From positions 25,482,001-25,546,000 of the forward strand of contig NC_087260.1 in assembly GCF_037042905.1 (NCBI RefSeq): DNA of 64,000 bases. Reading direction: 5' to 3'. This DNA comes from Lytechinus pictus (Eukaryota). Positions within the stretch are counted from its first letter, which is position 1. The number at the start of each line of letters is the position of its first letter. The notes beneath the pieces are model-generated. The model was not told the origin of the DNA. It did not search any database and worked only from the letters and a program-made list of their open reading frames with translations. Both the position numbers and the translations under genes were made by a program. Positions 13,410 to 27,600 of the stretch are shown in pieces.

Positions 13410-16400
13410 GTGTTAAAGGGGATGCGCCTTTTCCAGCTCAAATAAGTATAATATTGCACGTAGATACTTGAAATTAAGGTATGAAGTGCTATAAAAGGGG
13501 AATGAAACCCCTTGAATAAGTTAGCTTAGCTCGTGTGGAAACAGAAAAATCAAGGAATATAAATTAGACAGACAATGAGAAAGTTATATGAGCGTGTCGA
13601 CAACGATAATGTGATGAAGAAATCATCCCATAAACACATGTACATTATTTTGTCTCTACTTTCTCCACTTTGGACCAAAACATAAAATATCATGAAAGAA
13701 AAGATATCAAATAACTTTCAAAGAAAAGAAAAATGGGAAGAGAAAATCCGAAAACAAGTTTCACTAGAGAAATGGCGTTGTTTTAATTCTATACAATTTC
13801 AAGTAATGCAAGATGTTTCAATCAGGTGATTTCAATACTGCTTAATTAACTGTATTATTCCAACAGGCTAAATCAAGTAGTACTTGTACTTTCTGTACCT
13901 CCGAGTTTGAACTATTGAATATTTGTTATTTGAATGCCACTTTTAGTTAGGAAAGTATGGGAATACTTTGAAAAGAGTCTGCTTGAAAGATGAAAATTAG
14001 TATTAAAATTAACTATGGAAAATGTTCTTTTTGGAATTACTCCCATTAAGTATAATAGAGCCTCAAATACACTTATCATTTGGGTAAAATGGAGGATGTA
14101 TAAAATTGAATTGGCTGGAATTCGCCTTATGCCACAGAAAATCCTCAGCGAGGTAAAGAAATATTTTTTGTACGAGAAAGCTATTTCATGTGAAAATATG
14201 AAGCAAGTATCTTTTGACAAAATGTTGGTCAAATTTCATTAATCTTTTCGACCAATGTCGAAAAGATTTTAATCGGTTTGCTATAGTTACGGTATCTTTA
14301 TCTCTGGTTCTCTACATAAATTATAATTATGTTTTTGTTTTTTGGTACTGTAAATGATATATTTCATGACAAGATTGTATATTATCAGTTATTGTTGTAT
14401 TACTGTTAAACACTCACTAGCTGATTATTTTTGTACATTGACTGTGAAAACAAATGTAAACTGTAAACTGGAGCTTTATTGACTGTGAAAGCAAATGTAA
14501 ACTGAAGCTTTATTGAATAAAACACCCTATACTGTGGGCAGGTGGGGGGGGGGGGAAGAAATTGGAAAAAATATATATATATCCCCGGCTCCCACAACAA
14601 AAATTCTTATTCGATAATAAAAGTACAAACAAACACTTAATCGATTATAATTTTGTAGAACAAGACACCTGATGCACGTATAAACTTGCTCAAAATGCAT
14701 AAAAACATACGGGACTATTAAATTGAATATTACAAAAGTAATGGGAAAACACATCACACGTCTTAGTTGCATTACAATGCAACTGTTTCAAGAAATACCC
14801 CCTCTAACTAAGGATGGTCCTTCTAAATGAAACAGGGAAACAGATCCGTAGGAATGGAAACACGTCCACTCCCAAAATACCACACCCCTATGTATGGGAT
14901 TATAATGATATAAGAACGACGGCATTTCGAAATCATTATTACATTAGTGGGGTTTCTACATCGGGTAAATCAAAAGAAATTAAACATGAAAAGGAAATAA
15001 CAATAAGATCTTCCGCATGACAGAATCCCCTAAAATGTTGGACGAAGACTCTTCAAAGTATAATAATCTTTTCTTTTCTTTTTTACGATATAGACATAAT
15101 TGTTATGTTTACTTTATTTTCGTATTGCCAATAATTAGGGAAACCATGGGGAAAAATAAATCTACAAATACAACACGATCGCGATTTCAAATTGAAAATT
15201 GATGAAGCCGGTCAAGATAATCCCAAAGTGATGATTTTATCAAAATTAGATTTTATTGCCATCTCAATATGACTTGTGTACTGTTGCAGTAAAATTAGAA
15301 ATTAAAATGAAACCAAATTAATAATAATAAAAAACTCGTTTGATTTAATAGTTATATGATTTTCATGTGAATAGTAAATTAATAATGAACTTCCCAAAAA
15401 TAAAGAAAGAAAGAAAGAGAAAGAAAGAATGAAAGAAAGAGAAGAAAGAAAGAAAGAATTAGAAAAAGAGGTAGATGAATTAATAAACAAAAATACAATA
15501 AAAACATATAAGCTAGCGTGACTGACTGAATATCAATAAAAATATGAATTAACAATTGAAACTAGAATTACAAAAATGTTGTCATGAAAGCAAGGGAGAT
15601 AGTATGATGCATGAGTAGATGGTAGGAGAGAGAGAGAGAGAGTGGGGTGGGGGGGGGGGGGGGTAAATACAATTAACAGGAACGAGAAGCATCCATACTC
15701 ATTGCATTTGGAACGACAAATATTTTTTCTCATCAAGCTAACAAATAACCTTTAGGCTCATATGAATTTTATTGACGTCACGTACAACGTCATCACATTT
15801 ATATTAAAAAAATTTGCCATAAAATCACTACTCCAAGTCCGAGTGAAAATCAAAGGCAGTAATGAAAAAAAATGTCAAGTATCTATTGACTGAACTAACG
15901 AATCGAGGTTTATTTTTACCGCGATAGCTAAATAATAATCATGATACCGATGAAAATTATGTATATCAGAAAAATTCAAGGGCATAAAGTGCTTGTATGG
16001 TCATTCATTTCATCCATTTAGCCAAGTCTCTGAGAAATCTTGTAAACAAAATTGATTTACCGATCTCGTCTCGCAAATAATCGGACAAAAAAAGTGTTAA
16101 CCAACGACGAGGGGGATGTTTATTTTCAACAAATACGCCATTAATGACGTCAATGTTTTGGCTGCTTTGCAAAATTTTAATGACGGGCAGAAGGATGGAA
16201 ATGATGTATTTTGCCTCATCCCATTGTTTTCATAAACAAACTCATATAACACATTAAGCTATTGCATGGACCGCGGAACCGGGGGGGGGGGGGGCTGGGG
16301 TCTTCGGCTCCACTATGAAATTCTGTCCACATTATTATAAACAAAACGTTTAACTTATACGCATCATAATTATACCCATGATAACGTTTTATAAAATTAA

Positions 16401-19198
16401 CCCCTTGAGGGGAGGGGGTGAACATGCATGAAATCGCAATATTGTGTAATTTATCGTGTTTGTACAATACTTCTGAAAAAAGTGGAAAGGCGGGGGCGTT
16501 CTGCGGCCCTTGCAAAGGAATTGATATCAGACTAAATACTAGGAAATGAAACATGATGAAGGAGATGACCAAAGTAAAGACAGATATATTATTTACTGCA
16601 TATGAACGATTTAATTATAATCATTATTCGTTTAATCATTCAATATCTACAAATTTTTTAGTCTATATTTTCATTGAATGGAAGGAATTTTTTTTATACC
16701 CCTTGGATGCAGTATTGTATATCGCTTGCATACCACATTAATCCAGGTTTTTTTTTTGTGTTGATTTATAGTTTGATTTACCTTTATGAAATATGAATTT
16801 CCGGTGTATTTCTTTTCCTGCATATACGTTAGTAGTTGCCCATGCAAGTGCACTTTTAGCGAGAATTATCAAGCTGTCAGTTTATGGCATCCAACTTTAC
16901 CCCTGAACTTGGCTCTCAGAGGGGAAATATAGTCTCATTCTCAGATGTTACCGTCGGTTCGTTTACCGTATAAAAACAAAGTTTCGAATTCTGTCAACAC
17001 GAAACGATTTTCATGGTATAGGTTGTTCAATAAAGTTATGACAATGAGGCCTATCGCGATGGATTGAACCTGAATAGAAACATCCTTAGAAATTGAAATA
17101 ATGTTGATGTATAGGCTATACTGCAGAGATGTATAATGTATTTGATTTAATATTACCATCAGGACCGGTCGCATAAATCGATGGGGGGAGACGACCTAAA
17201 GGGGATGTTATCCCCCGGCCCCTCACTTGATTAGCAGGGTAACACGAGTTACACGACACAACCCCCCCTTTATGTATACTCCCCTTTCTTTTCCATTATT
17301 TATTCTTATTTTTCTCCACGACCCCCTTCCAAAAAAAAAAAATAATAATAATAATAATAATAAATAAAAATAAAATGATGATGATAGTGTACACTGTAAA
17401 CAAAATCGAAATTAGCATTCTTATATTTATGTTTTTGCTCTGGCTTGTGAAGTCAGTATTCTTGTTGATTTCTGACAGTGATCGCTCCTAACTCTCAATT
17501 TCTCTAACAATGTCTTGATATAAAGTAGTTCCAACGGCGGGGGTGTTATAATGGAAGGGGCGTCGCCTGGATGAATTTTAATAGGTAGAAAGATGAAGTA
17601 CTAAAATGTAATTTCATTTTTATTGGCCCGATATGGGTGATTATTTAGATATAACATGGTTTAGAAAAACAAGCTGAGGGGCATGCAAAGTTAAACAAAC
17701 TTAAACACTTTTTCACAAAAAATACAATAATAATGATGCATCTTCCTCTCTCGGAAGAGCACATTTTTATTATAAAATAACATTTCTACCTTTCTACCAT
17801 AAAAAGTGTAGGTGTATAATAGGGTATGAATTTGGTGATAATAATTTTCACCACAATAATCGGCCTCTCTCTAGTCTGCATCCCGGGGTCTTCATAAAGT
17901 TTTCGAAGCCCCCCCCCCTCATAATCCGTCCATTTTTAATGTTTTAGGACTGCGCCTGAATATAGGGTAATCGACTTTATCATATTTATTAACATTTTTT
18001 TTTAGTCGGACCAAAATTCCTCAACCAAAGTATTTTCTCCAATCATGTTCAAGAGTACATGCACTACTCAACAAGTATTGATAAATATACTTTATAGGCC
18101 CTCTATTTATCAATAGGACCTTGTGGTAATGCTTTTTTTGTGTGAACTATCACCAAACGAGAAAATCAAATGCAAATCGACCAGTAATCACAACGTCAAC
18201 AACAAAACTTGACCTGCATGCTATAATGAACCTAATCAGATTCCATTACCATCATGAAATCAAATTTGCGCCTTCGATAGAGACTATTTCTTCGCATATG
18301 TTTTGGTTGACGGTGTTTTCTTGGAATATGACCCCATCTGACCCAGCGATTTAAATGGATGTGGTTAGGCACGAAGCTGCGAGGACAAAGTATGAAGTTG
18401 AACTTGGGCGAACTGAACAGGGTCAGTCGCACGAGGGTATGTCGGATGAGGGGGGGGGGGGATGAGGATGAGGGTCGGAGGAGGATCGGGAACGACCGGG
18501 GGGGGGGGGGGGGGAGGTGGCGAGGGGAGCAAAAATGTAACGGGAAAGACCGATGATTATGAAAGGGTAAGTACTAGCCTTGCTGTTCTCAGAACAACAT
18601 ACTTTCATGATCTGATTACATTAAGACAATGTATCAAGCAAATAGTATAAGGCTATACAATCGCCAGTAATTTGTTTATATTTTGTCATTCTTAGCCCAT
18701 GTTTTTCTGAGAGCACTATTATTCTGTAAATTACTTTGTCCGAAGGGTGAGTGAAAATTAATCTGTCAATAAAGAAATATTGGAAAATTGAACATGATGA
18801 TTTAGGCGCAAAATTAACCATTTTGGCCACATTATTTTACGTCATGTACATTTTTTTTCAAAATTGAGTGTGTCCCCCCTGTTTGAAGAAATAACCCCAA
18901 TAACCCCCTTATTTTGCTCATCAGATGTTGGAGAAATAAACTAAAATCGATAAATAAAAATATTTTGAAATTCTGCATCCATTCTTGATCATGCTGATGA
19001 CGAACTAGATCCAATCCAAGTACAACGATGCACCATTATGCTGAGACTCTGAGTGGGTGAATGTGGTCTAGTAGAAGTTTAGTGCAATTATTTATTGTTC
19101 AGTGTCTTCGTTCATCTACAGATGGCGCTATTTAAGTTATTGCCTCAACGAGAGATTTTCGAAGCCCGTGGATAACGTGAGCATACGGGAAATGATTT

Positions 19199-19360
19199 CT
19201 GGGTCCCGTAACACAAAGGTTAACGATTGATTGTTAATTTCAAAGAACAATTCTGATTAGCTCATAGTCAGTCTATTTAGCAAAATGCGCATGCAACGAG
19301 GATCTTGATTGGTCATTTCATTTAGCAATTAATCGTTAACTTTTGTCTTACGGCGCCCTG
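19199..19360. mobile_element. PIF/Harbinger-type MITE with CTG target
   Basis: ctg ggtcccgtaacacaaaggttaacgatt ... aatcgttaacttttgtcttacggcgcc ctg. Confidence 0.75.
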
Positions 19361-21086
19361 GTGTGTGACCCTTGTTCATCGAGAGATAGCGCTATTTCAT
19401 AAAAAAGTTGCTGCCCGAACAAGAAGCTCAAATTCATCAAAATGTTTATTTTTCTTTCCACTGTCTGGTAGTTTGAGATTTTAGCGAAGAAAATAAACGA
19501 AATAGAAATTCAAATAACCACAAAGAGATGTCATGAAAAAATATTTTGCTTTATTTTCATTAACCTCATATAAATCCAAATTAACAACAAGTAAATCAAC
19601 TTGTTCACCTTAGAACGGGATAAGATAAAATACGATATACCATGAATATCAAAGTACATGTCATCATATTCTTATTCTAAGATAATGATTTCGAAGATTT
19701 ATTAATATTGCATACACAAATTGTTTATATAGATAGTTTATTTCAAATGCTGGTAAGTGCATAGATCTTGCAAATCTATTATAAAGAATGCAAATTATTA
19801 CCTAATTTCAATAACAAAATTATTCGAATCTGTAATTTACAAATACAAATATTATACAAAATAGATGCCTTTGTAAAACAGGCCAATCAAAGTATGTTGT
19901 TGTGGAACACGGTTACAAATTTCTAGAGATTAACAGGTTTACTTTTTAATTTGCAAAGTAATTTTCATCTAATTTCAATAATTTTGCAACATTCATATCA
20001 AAAGATTATAAAAACGATAATCACTGTAGTTAGAAATAATTCAAAAGTAATTCCATCTCTCTCTCTCTCTCTCTCTCTCGCTCCCACTCCCTCATACTTT
20101 ATTTCTTTCCTTTCTCTTTTTTTTCAATCTCCCTTCACCATTAACCAATGTAGTAATGTATCTACATACCAACATATTCATGTTAATGAATGAACTATTC
20201 TATGATTAATATTACTGCCATATATCTCATTTTTATCTAATATACATCCACATCCAAATATTGAAGAAACAGAGTTTCATGCACATACAAGATTGCCTCT
20301 GGGAAAAGACTCGACTGATGCCCTAATGGTTAGCTATTTGTCAACATTTGTGCATCTCACATTTTTGAGATACAAAGACACATTAAAATGCATAATACCA
20401 TTCATTTAAATCCATATGTGCAATTCGTGTGTACTACAACTTAAAATAAATCTTAAATTAATTTAATCACTATTAAACAATCTATAAAGGCCTACCCAAG
20501 GGCAAATATGCATGTTTGAACAGGTTGAATCTTATTCCATCGCATCAACACTCCAGTGAAGACTATAATGTCTTATTTCATCGTCATTAAGATAGAGTGC
20601 TGTTATTCATCCTTGAAAAAAATACTCCTTAATAGCACATTTGCAAAGGATATTCCTACAAAACCAAATTGTATTTTTTTGTTTACATTATTTAAAATAT
20701 GATTTACATAGGAATATAATTTTTAGCACCCTTAAAGAATGATGAATGGAAGCCTGATACTTCACTCAAATGAGTAAATATACTATAGTTCAGCCAACCG
20801 AGGCAATTATAACTGAAATGACATTACACGTAAAGAAAATGAGTTATTTAAACACGATTATTTCACTTGTGATATCAAAGTACATCTAAAAGAATAATCT
20901 ACATCTTCATTGGTAAACAAAACAGTATCAATAATGTGCGATGTAAAAAAAAAGGGTTCTCATTGTATTGTCAGCATGATAATAAAGGCGAAGAACACGA
21001 TGGACACCATACAAATGTCGTTCCCAAAACACGAAAGCTTGTCAGAGGTCTACCAAACATTGCAACAATAAGGTGTATGCCTCTTA

Positions 21087-21260
21087 CAAGGGCCGCGGAA
21101 GCGGGGGGCTGGAGGGGCTTCAGCCCCCCCCCCACTTTTCCCCAAAACTGTGTACAAAAACGTAAATATGACCATATGATTGTGATTTTTTGCATGGCCA
21201 GCCCCCCTCCCCCCACTTTTGGTTCAGCCCCCCACTTTGAAAACCGTTCCGCGGCCCCTG
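21087..21260. mobile_element. GC-rich TIR MITE (hAT-like termini) about 200 bp after the SLC2A stop; degenerate relative at ~16265-16512
   Basis: caagggccgcggaa ... ttccgcggcccctg, with internal cagcccccc..cacttt repeats. Confidence 0.75.
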
Positions 21261-21465
21261 TTTTGGATTTCTGACATGTTAATAATATCATGTTAATAAA
21301 TACCGTGCAGGCGAAAAAAGATGATGATTTTGAAAACTCAGTAAAGTCAGTTCACCTTAAGTTATGCTATTCTGTTAATTCAGCCTTCATAGCAATGAAA
21401 ACCATATGCCTGTATTGCACTTCCGAACATTGTAATATTAGATTTTCCCTTTCTCCTCATAGTCA

Positions 21466-21678
21466 TCATCGATTCATAAGCGGTAAAGGGGAATACCCTT
21501 CCTGGTATTTTGTGAAACTCTGGTCCTCGTCACCATCCGGGTTTTTCATTTCTTCGAATCCTGTCGATACTTCGACGAACCGCCGATCCTTCGTCTCGGG
21601 CAGGTAAAGGAGTATGATGAGGGTGGTGATGGCAAGGGAAGCAGCGAAAATGATGAAAGTGTAGGCGCCAATGGCTAC
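21466..21678 (-). CDS. SLC2A: SLC2A terminal exon, TM12 and tail (VAIGAYTFIIFAASLAITTLIILLYLPETKDRRF...YSPLPLMNR*)
   Basis: tttccag acceptor; PETK motif; TGA at 21466-21468. Confidence 0.95.
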   Translation of the reverse strand, partial: VAIGAYTFIIFAASLAITTLIILLYLPETKDRRFVEVSTGFEEMKNPDGDEDQSFTKYQEGYSPLPLMNR

Positions 21679-24600
21679 CTGGAAATAAACACGAATGGAA
21701 AATTAGTTTGAAAGGATAAAAATGGACAGCCCGTGTATAGACAGGCCGGAACGCCTATATCTCCCCTCTGAAGGTTGGAAAAAACCTTTGTGGAAAGGTA
21801 AGGGGCGATGAAGTTAAACAAATTATTCGTCTCTATCAATCAAAGAAGAAGGGAGAAATTGAGAAAGGGGGAAGAGAGAGAGAGTGGTGCGAGAAAGAGA
21901 GAGAGGGAGGGGCTGAAAGAAAGGGGGAGTGAGAGAGAGAGGGAGCGCCGATGGGGTCACTAAATTGTTTCATCTGACAAGCTGATTATTCTGACAACTA
22001 CGCCATCAGTTGGCAACTTTTCATTTATTTTTATTGTCTGAGAAGACATTGCCTATGACTTTTACTAAAGAAATTCTCAGACAAAGACATCTTGTTCTTG
22101 TCAGACTGAGCTTCGTGAAACGGTGCATTGGGTGTGTCATCGCGAATGAAAATATCTCGGCACTTGTGAAAACTTTTCGGCACACCAACAGGTTCCACAT
22201 TCTCTCTTGAAACAACATACCAAGTGAACACAAGATAGGGAGAGAAGGTCAAAAGTAGATTTTAGGATCATCCAAAAAGAACTGAAATAGTAATCAATAA
22301 TCAAACAAGATTTTACTCACTAAAAGAGCGGGAAAGCAAAATTGGATGACGACGTCGACCCACCAACCTATATGTTGGGTAACGGAGAGGGCGGCCTTCC
22401 TTGGACCAACAGACCACAGTTCAGAACATACCAAGGGTGTAAATATTTCTAGGAAAATCAAGCACAGATCAAAAATGAAATTAAATGAATAGAAAATAAA
22501 TTAGGGGTGATTAAAATATATTCTTAAAGAGTATTGTGATAACATGAAGAATAGACAAATATATAATGTTGGCTGAAAATGTTATCTTACCTGGACCCAG
22601 AGGGAATGCGATGAAAAATACACAATTAGCTACGAGGGCAAACCACGACAGCCATGAAACACGGTACTAGAAATTAAAGAAAAAAGAGAGAAAACAACTT
22701 AAAGAAGGATAAAATCTATAGTATTTACAGAAAATTCCCGTTGCAAATGGGATACGAAAATTCGGAATGGAGTTCCCAATCATCTTAGTCAATGCTGAAT
22801 GTTGATTTACAATTTGTCTGTAAAAATACCTTTCCATCCATAATATTATATTCGACACATCATGAAATGTTTGTGTGGATAAAATCAAAGACTTGCAGAT
22901 CACAATAGGAAAACACGTTCAGCTTACACTTTGGCCGATTGCATCCCAGTTTTTCATAAATTCATTCACAATTACTTCTCTACATCTTCATAATGAAACA
23001 CCTTCCTGATAACGTCTTTATCTATCAAAAGGAGAATAAAAACTGAATGTGCATTTTTGAAAAATACTTTATGTGTTTACTTTATGCAAAATCAATTAAA
23101 TTAGAAACCAGCAAACTAATTTTGTTGTTAAATTTGCAGCTCCCTCGTTTTTCTCTTTCTCCCTCTTCTTTCTCTCTCCCACTCTCTTTGTGCGCAAGTG
23201 TGTGCGATTTATTATTCTGTCTATCGTCTTCTAAAACTTCCTCTTCCCCTCCATAATATTCTTGTCTGATTCTTGATTGTTTAAGAAAACACACACAAAA
23301 AAAAAATCAGAGTAAAAAACAAAAATCGCCAAATATATAATTTGGCGATTTGACATTATTCATTATTGTGATATGCGCTATACAAGAACTGTTTATTATT
23401 ATCATCATTATTATATAAATGTTTCCGAGATATTGCCCATGATGGCCCGATTGAATAGAAAGATACACAGTTCCGACAATCCCAGATGAATGAAATAAAA
23501 AATATTTTTTTACTATATTTCTTTTCTAAGGGTATAGAAATTTGTGGTTACCTCGAAAATCAGGAACAATGTAAAAGCAATGGCACTTATCGTCAGCAGC
23601 CCATACATTGAGAAAAGCAAAGGCTTCCGTTGAAATCTTGATAGATTTGCAAAATACTGTGAGAAGAAAAAACATTTAAAAAACAAGAAATACACTAAAC
23701 CGCGCTCTGTCTAATATACAGCGGGATAATGTATCAAATTGAAAATGACAAATATTGAAATAATAAATTCAATCCCCTCTTAACATCAGGCACAGGTCTG
23801 CTTTTGCTAAATATTTTTTTTTCTTATTAAATTTCCCTACTTCTTATAATCAACTTGATTATTTGGGTTGACTTGTTTTTTTTTTAAGTATTATAGGCCT
23901 ACCTCAACAACAGTAGCCGTAGAGTAACAAGCAGCCCAAGCCAGAGATCCTAATCCAGTTTGTACGTCTGTCAATCCAGCAAACAAAAATATTTCATTCG
24001 AGTAGAAAATAATCTGAAATTAAAGGGTTATGTGGAGAAAAAGATTATAAATCACAGCTACGACACTACATCACGTGTTATGACAAAATGTGTAATGAGC
24101 TATTATGCTTTCAAGGAAGTTAAACAGATTTCGCCTCCTTATACTCAGACATGAATGAAATATATATTTTTATATCTATATCAAAGTCTGCATTGGCTTT
24201 ATTGATGGATGCACTTAATGGTGGGGGAGGGGAGGTGGTGAGGTCATGGACCCCGATAAAAGAAAGTAAAGGGAAGGGAAAATATTGAAATATAACTTTA
24301 TTCTTCTGAATATCATGCCAAAATCTATCAGATCATTGCATTTTTATATTAAAAAGATATATTTTTTTGCTAACTTGATTGGCTCGCTAGTAGCTTTTTA
24401 GAAATTTGCCCCATGTGCCATGTCTGGTCCCTCAAATTTTAGCCTCATTACGCCTGTTGTTTTCCAACTATCTCCGGTCACACTTACCGCGTTAATACCG
24501 GAAAGTTGTCGGGCTAACCGCAGTAAGATGCACATAAGTAACGGCATTTTCCAGTTAGCATCCCTGAGGAAGATAACCTCCCATGCGCTTGCCCGGACGA

Positions 24601-27600
24601 TTCTTGAATTGAAACGGTGGTCATCACGAAGAACCTGGATCTCCTGTTCAACCTCATCTTCACCCCGAAGTTGACGAAGAGCTAAAAGAAAACGATCATT
24701 ACTGAGATATTCTCATTATTATTTTTGAGGGGAGGGCGTGGCACAGCCATGATTACACATCTCTTACACGTCTTACTAAACAGGTAAAAAGCTATTAACA
24801 AAAACGTTTGTCACTCAAAGAGTGAAGAGTGAAAAACAAAGAGTGAGTCTCGATATCTGAAGAATTTTCTGTCAAACGAAGAAGATTCTGTCAATCAAAA
24901 GAGATGAATAAATCGACACAATTACAGAAGATTGATAGATTGACATCATAACAAAAATAATAGCTTCTTTCAAAACAGGTAAGCAACAATGCACTCGCCT
25001 GAATGAATAAAGGATCTCATGTTATAAAACAGAAAGAAAAGGACACTTCCTCCAAAGGATGTCGTTATCTTCAAATCTATTTCTTTAAAATTCTCTTGCA
25101 ATAATGAATTTTCAGTAAATGTCGCTTTTGATGTATGAAATGGTTTTATCAATTGTATGAAGAAAAGTCTTGAATGGAAAAATTCTGGCTAGAAAAAAAA
25201 AATCAAAATATACCTCCAGCCGCTTTTTCCTCTGCAAACTTAACATGAAGCAACCAATCAGGACTCTCTGGACAAAACAGAAGAAGAACTATCTGGAAGA
25301 GATCGATGAGGGCGGGCAACCCAAGAGCGCCAGGCCAAATATTTCTGCCTTTGAACACGAAGAAACCCATTATCTGAAGAGAGAGAGAGAGAGAGGGGGG
25401 GGGGGGGGGATAAGGGATGGAGGACAGAGTGGAGAAACCCCAATATTTGTTTTCAGTAAAGCAGGTTGTTTCATATGGAATTTTAAGTTTAATTGTAATT
25501 TAGACCAATATTAATTCAAACGAAATCATTCTCTCTGGTGTCGATGTAACTTTGTAAAAATATTTCTAAAAAAATTAATGGACGAAAACACAATTATGTG
25601 ATATGACAGTGAAAATATGAAAAATGAACAGAGTAATATACTTGCATTTCTCCATTTCACCCTTTCATAAACTCTATTAAAACTATAATCTCCTTATTCA
25701 TCATACCTGGCCGAGGACAATGCCGACAGTGAATAATACTTGGTGGAGCCCACAGATAGAATCTCGTCTTCTCTTAGGACTGATCTCACTGAGATACACA
25801 GGGACTATGGTCAACGAAATACCTGAAGTTATCGGTCAAGAATTAAGGAGAAGTAGAAGGGAAAGAAGAGGAAGAAGAAGAAGAAGAAGAGAAGGTAAGT
25901 CAAAAGAAAAAGTAGAAGAAAACGATTGGAGAAAAGGAGATTAGACAAATCTTTGGAATTTACAATTTGAATAGAAGATTTTTAAGTTATTCTTATTTTG
26001 TTAATCTTTTTTCTTTCCTTCTTTCTCCATATGACTCTCATTATCACGTTTCTTGTATTTTTTTCTATGATTATGTTAAGTAAGGAATATAAATAATCAT
26101 AAGAAAGTTCACGTTGAAACATCTTGGAATCATTAATGTTAGTAGTCCATCAGTATATAAATTTCTTCCAGGTTTACATAGCGTATGATTAAACCATGAT
26201 ATTTTGAATGTCTTTAGGTTATGTATTACGTAGGTATTAGTCAAATAAATTCAAAGTAATAAAAAAAGAAAAAAAGTAAACAATCGTCTTTTTTCCTTTT
26301 GGGGAAAACATGAGCAACTTCAGCACTACCAACTTTGAAGTTCACAAAACTATGAAGTAGCCATACACCAATGGCTCAAGAGATAGTTCAGATAGTCATA
26401 GTATTTATTTCTTTAACAAACTTTGCTATTCTACATTTTATCGTTATTAACCATTGCCTTTTCCATGTTGGGAATTAAAAAAAACGAAAGAAATTAATAA
26501 ATATCTTTTTTGCAGAAATTTCAATCGAACTTTGAATCCGAGGAATGGCAAACAATAATAACTAGTCTGCTTTAAACGATAGTAACCCAAAAGCATCGGA
26601 GACCCTTGGAACAAAGTTATTGGAAGAATATGAACACAAGAATATTTCATATTCGGGAATTTAGCTAATTGAAAATGTTGAAAGTGTTTGGTGATAATCT
26701 TTGATTGGATTTATGTTGTTGATTGACTTCTTTTCCGGGGGGGGGGGGGGGGGGGCTGACAAATCTTAGATCCGACCCTACATAGATATTCTTTGCTCAC
26801 CAACATCGAGACCTTTCATTGCTCGACAGAAAATGAGAAGCTCGGGTGACCCAGCGGCTTCGCTGCTCCCCATTAAGATACATGTTACAATGGAAAATGC
26901 ACTGTTGCCAATCAATGTACGGCTCCTGCGAAAACAAACATTCAAAATAATATATATACATACTCGACATAATTGGAGTTGATTCAATATCGTAACGTCA
27001 AATAACCCACTTATTATTGGTTTTTATCAAATAGTTTGTAACTATGAATTTATTTGTTTTGTTTTCTTCTCTTCTTGTTCTTCTTTTTGTTTTCTTCTTC
27101 TTCTTCTTCTTCTCCTTCTTCTTCCTCTTCTTCTTCTTCATTTTCTTTGTTTTTCTCACCCTCCTGCTCTTCCTTCTTATATTCTTTTTCTTATTCTTTT
27201 TCCCCCTTTCTTCTTATATGAAAGAGATTCATATTGTTAAAAAAACACGCACACATTCTCCTCGACAAAAAGGGTTGCCCTTGGAGGTAGAACATTATGT
27301 CGATCGTGGCAATATTTGCCTTAACGAAAATGTGACAAGAAAGGGGCAATCAACTGCAAATTAACTCCCACATTCGCCTATTTTATGAACCCTTACTTAT
27401 TTGTACAATCTGTGCAGAAACGAATTTGTGATCAGAAATAATTAATTATTGTAAAACAAGAATAAACAGACGGGGACTAACCTTCCAAATTTGTGAGACA
27501 ATTTTGCCCCTGCCACGGCACCCACAATACGACCGATACAGAAGACTGTAATAGTGCTAGCCCATAACCAGGCCTGTCCGTATTCATCTAATGGTGAACC

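Noticed and set aside
18142-18650. Overlapping ORFs and a plus-strand gtaagt donor
   Set aside because: The ORFs are driven by poly-G tracts, with no recognisable protein and no partner exon.
25204-25213. U12-type intron donor (GTATAT)
   Set aside because: Does not match the U12 consensus GTATCCTT; treated as an ordinary U2 donor.
27044-27364. Phe-rich 106-aa membrane-like ORF
   Set aside because: Translation of a (CTT)n tract inside an SLC2A intron.
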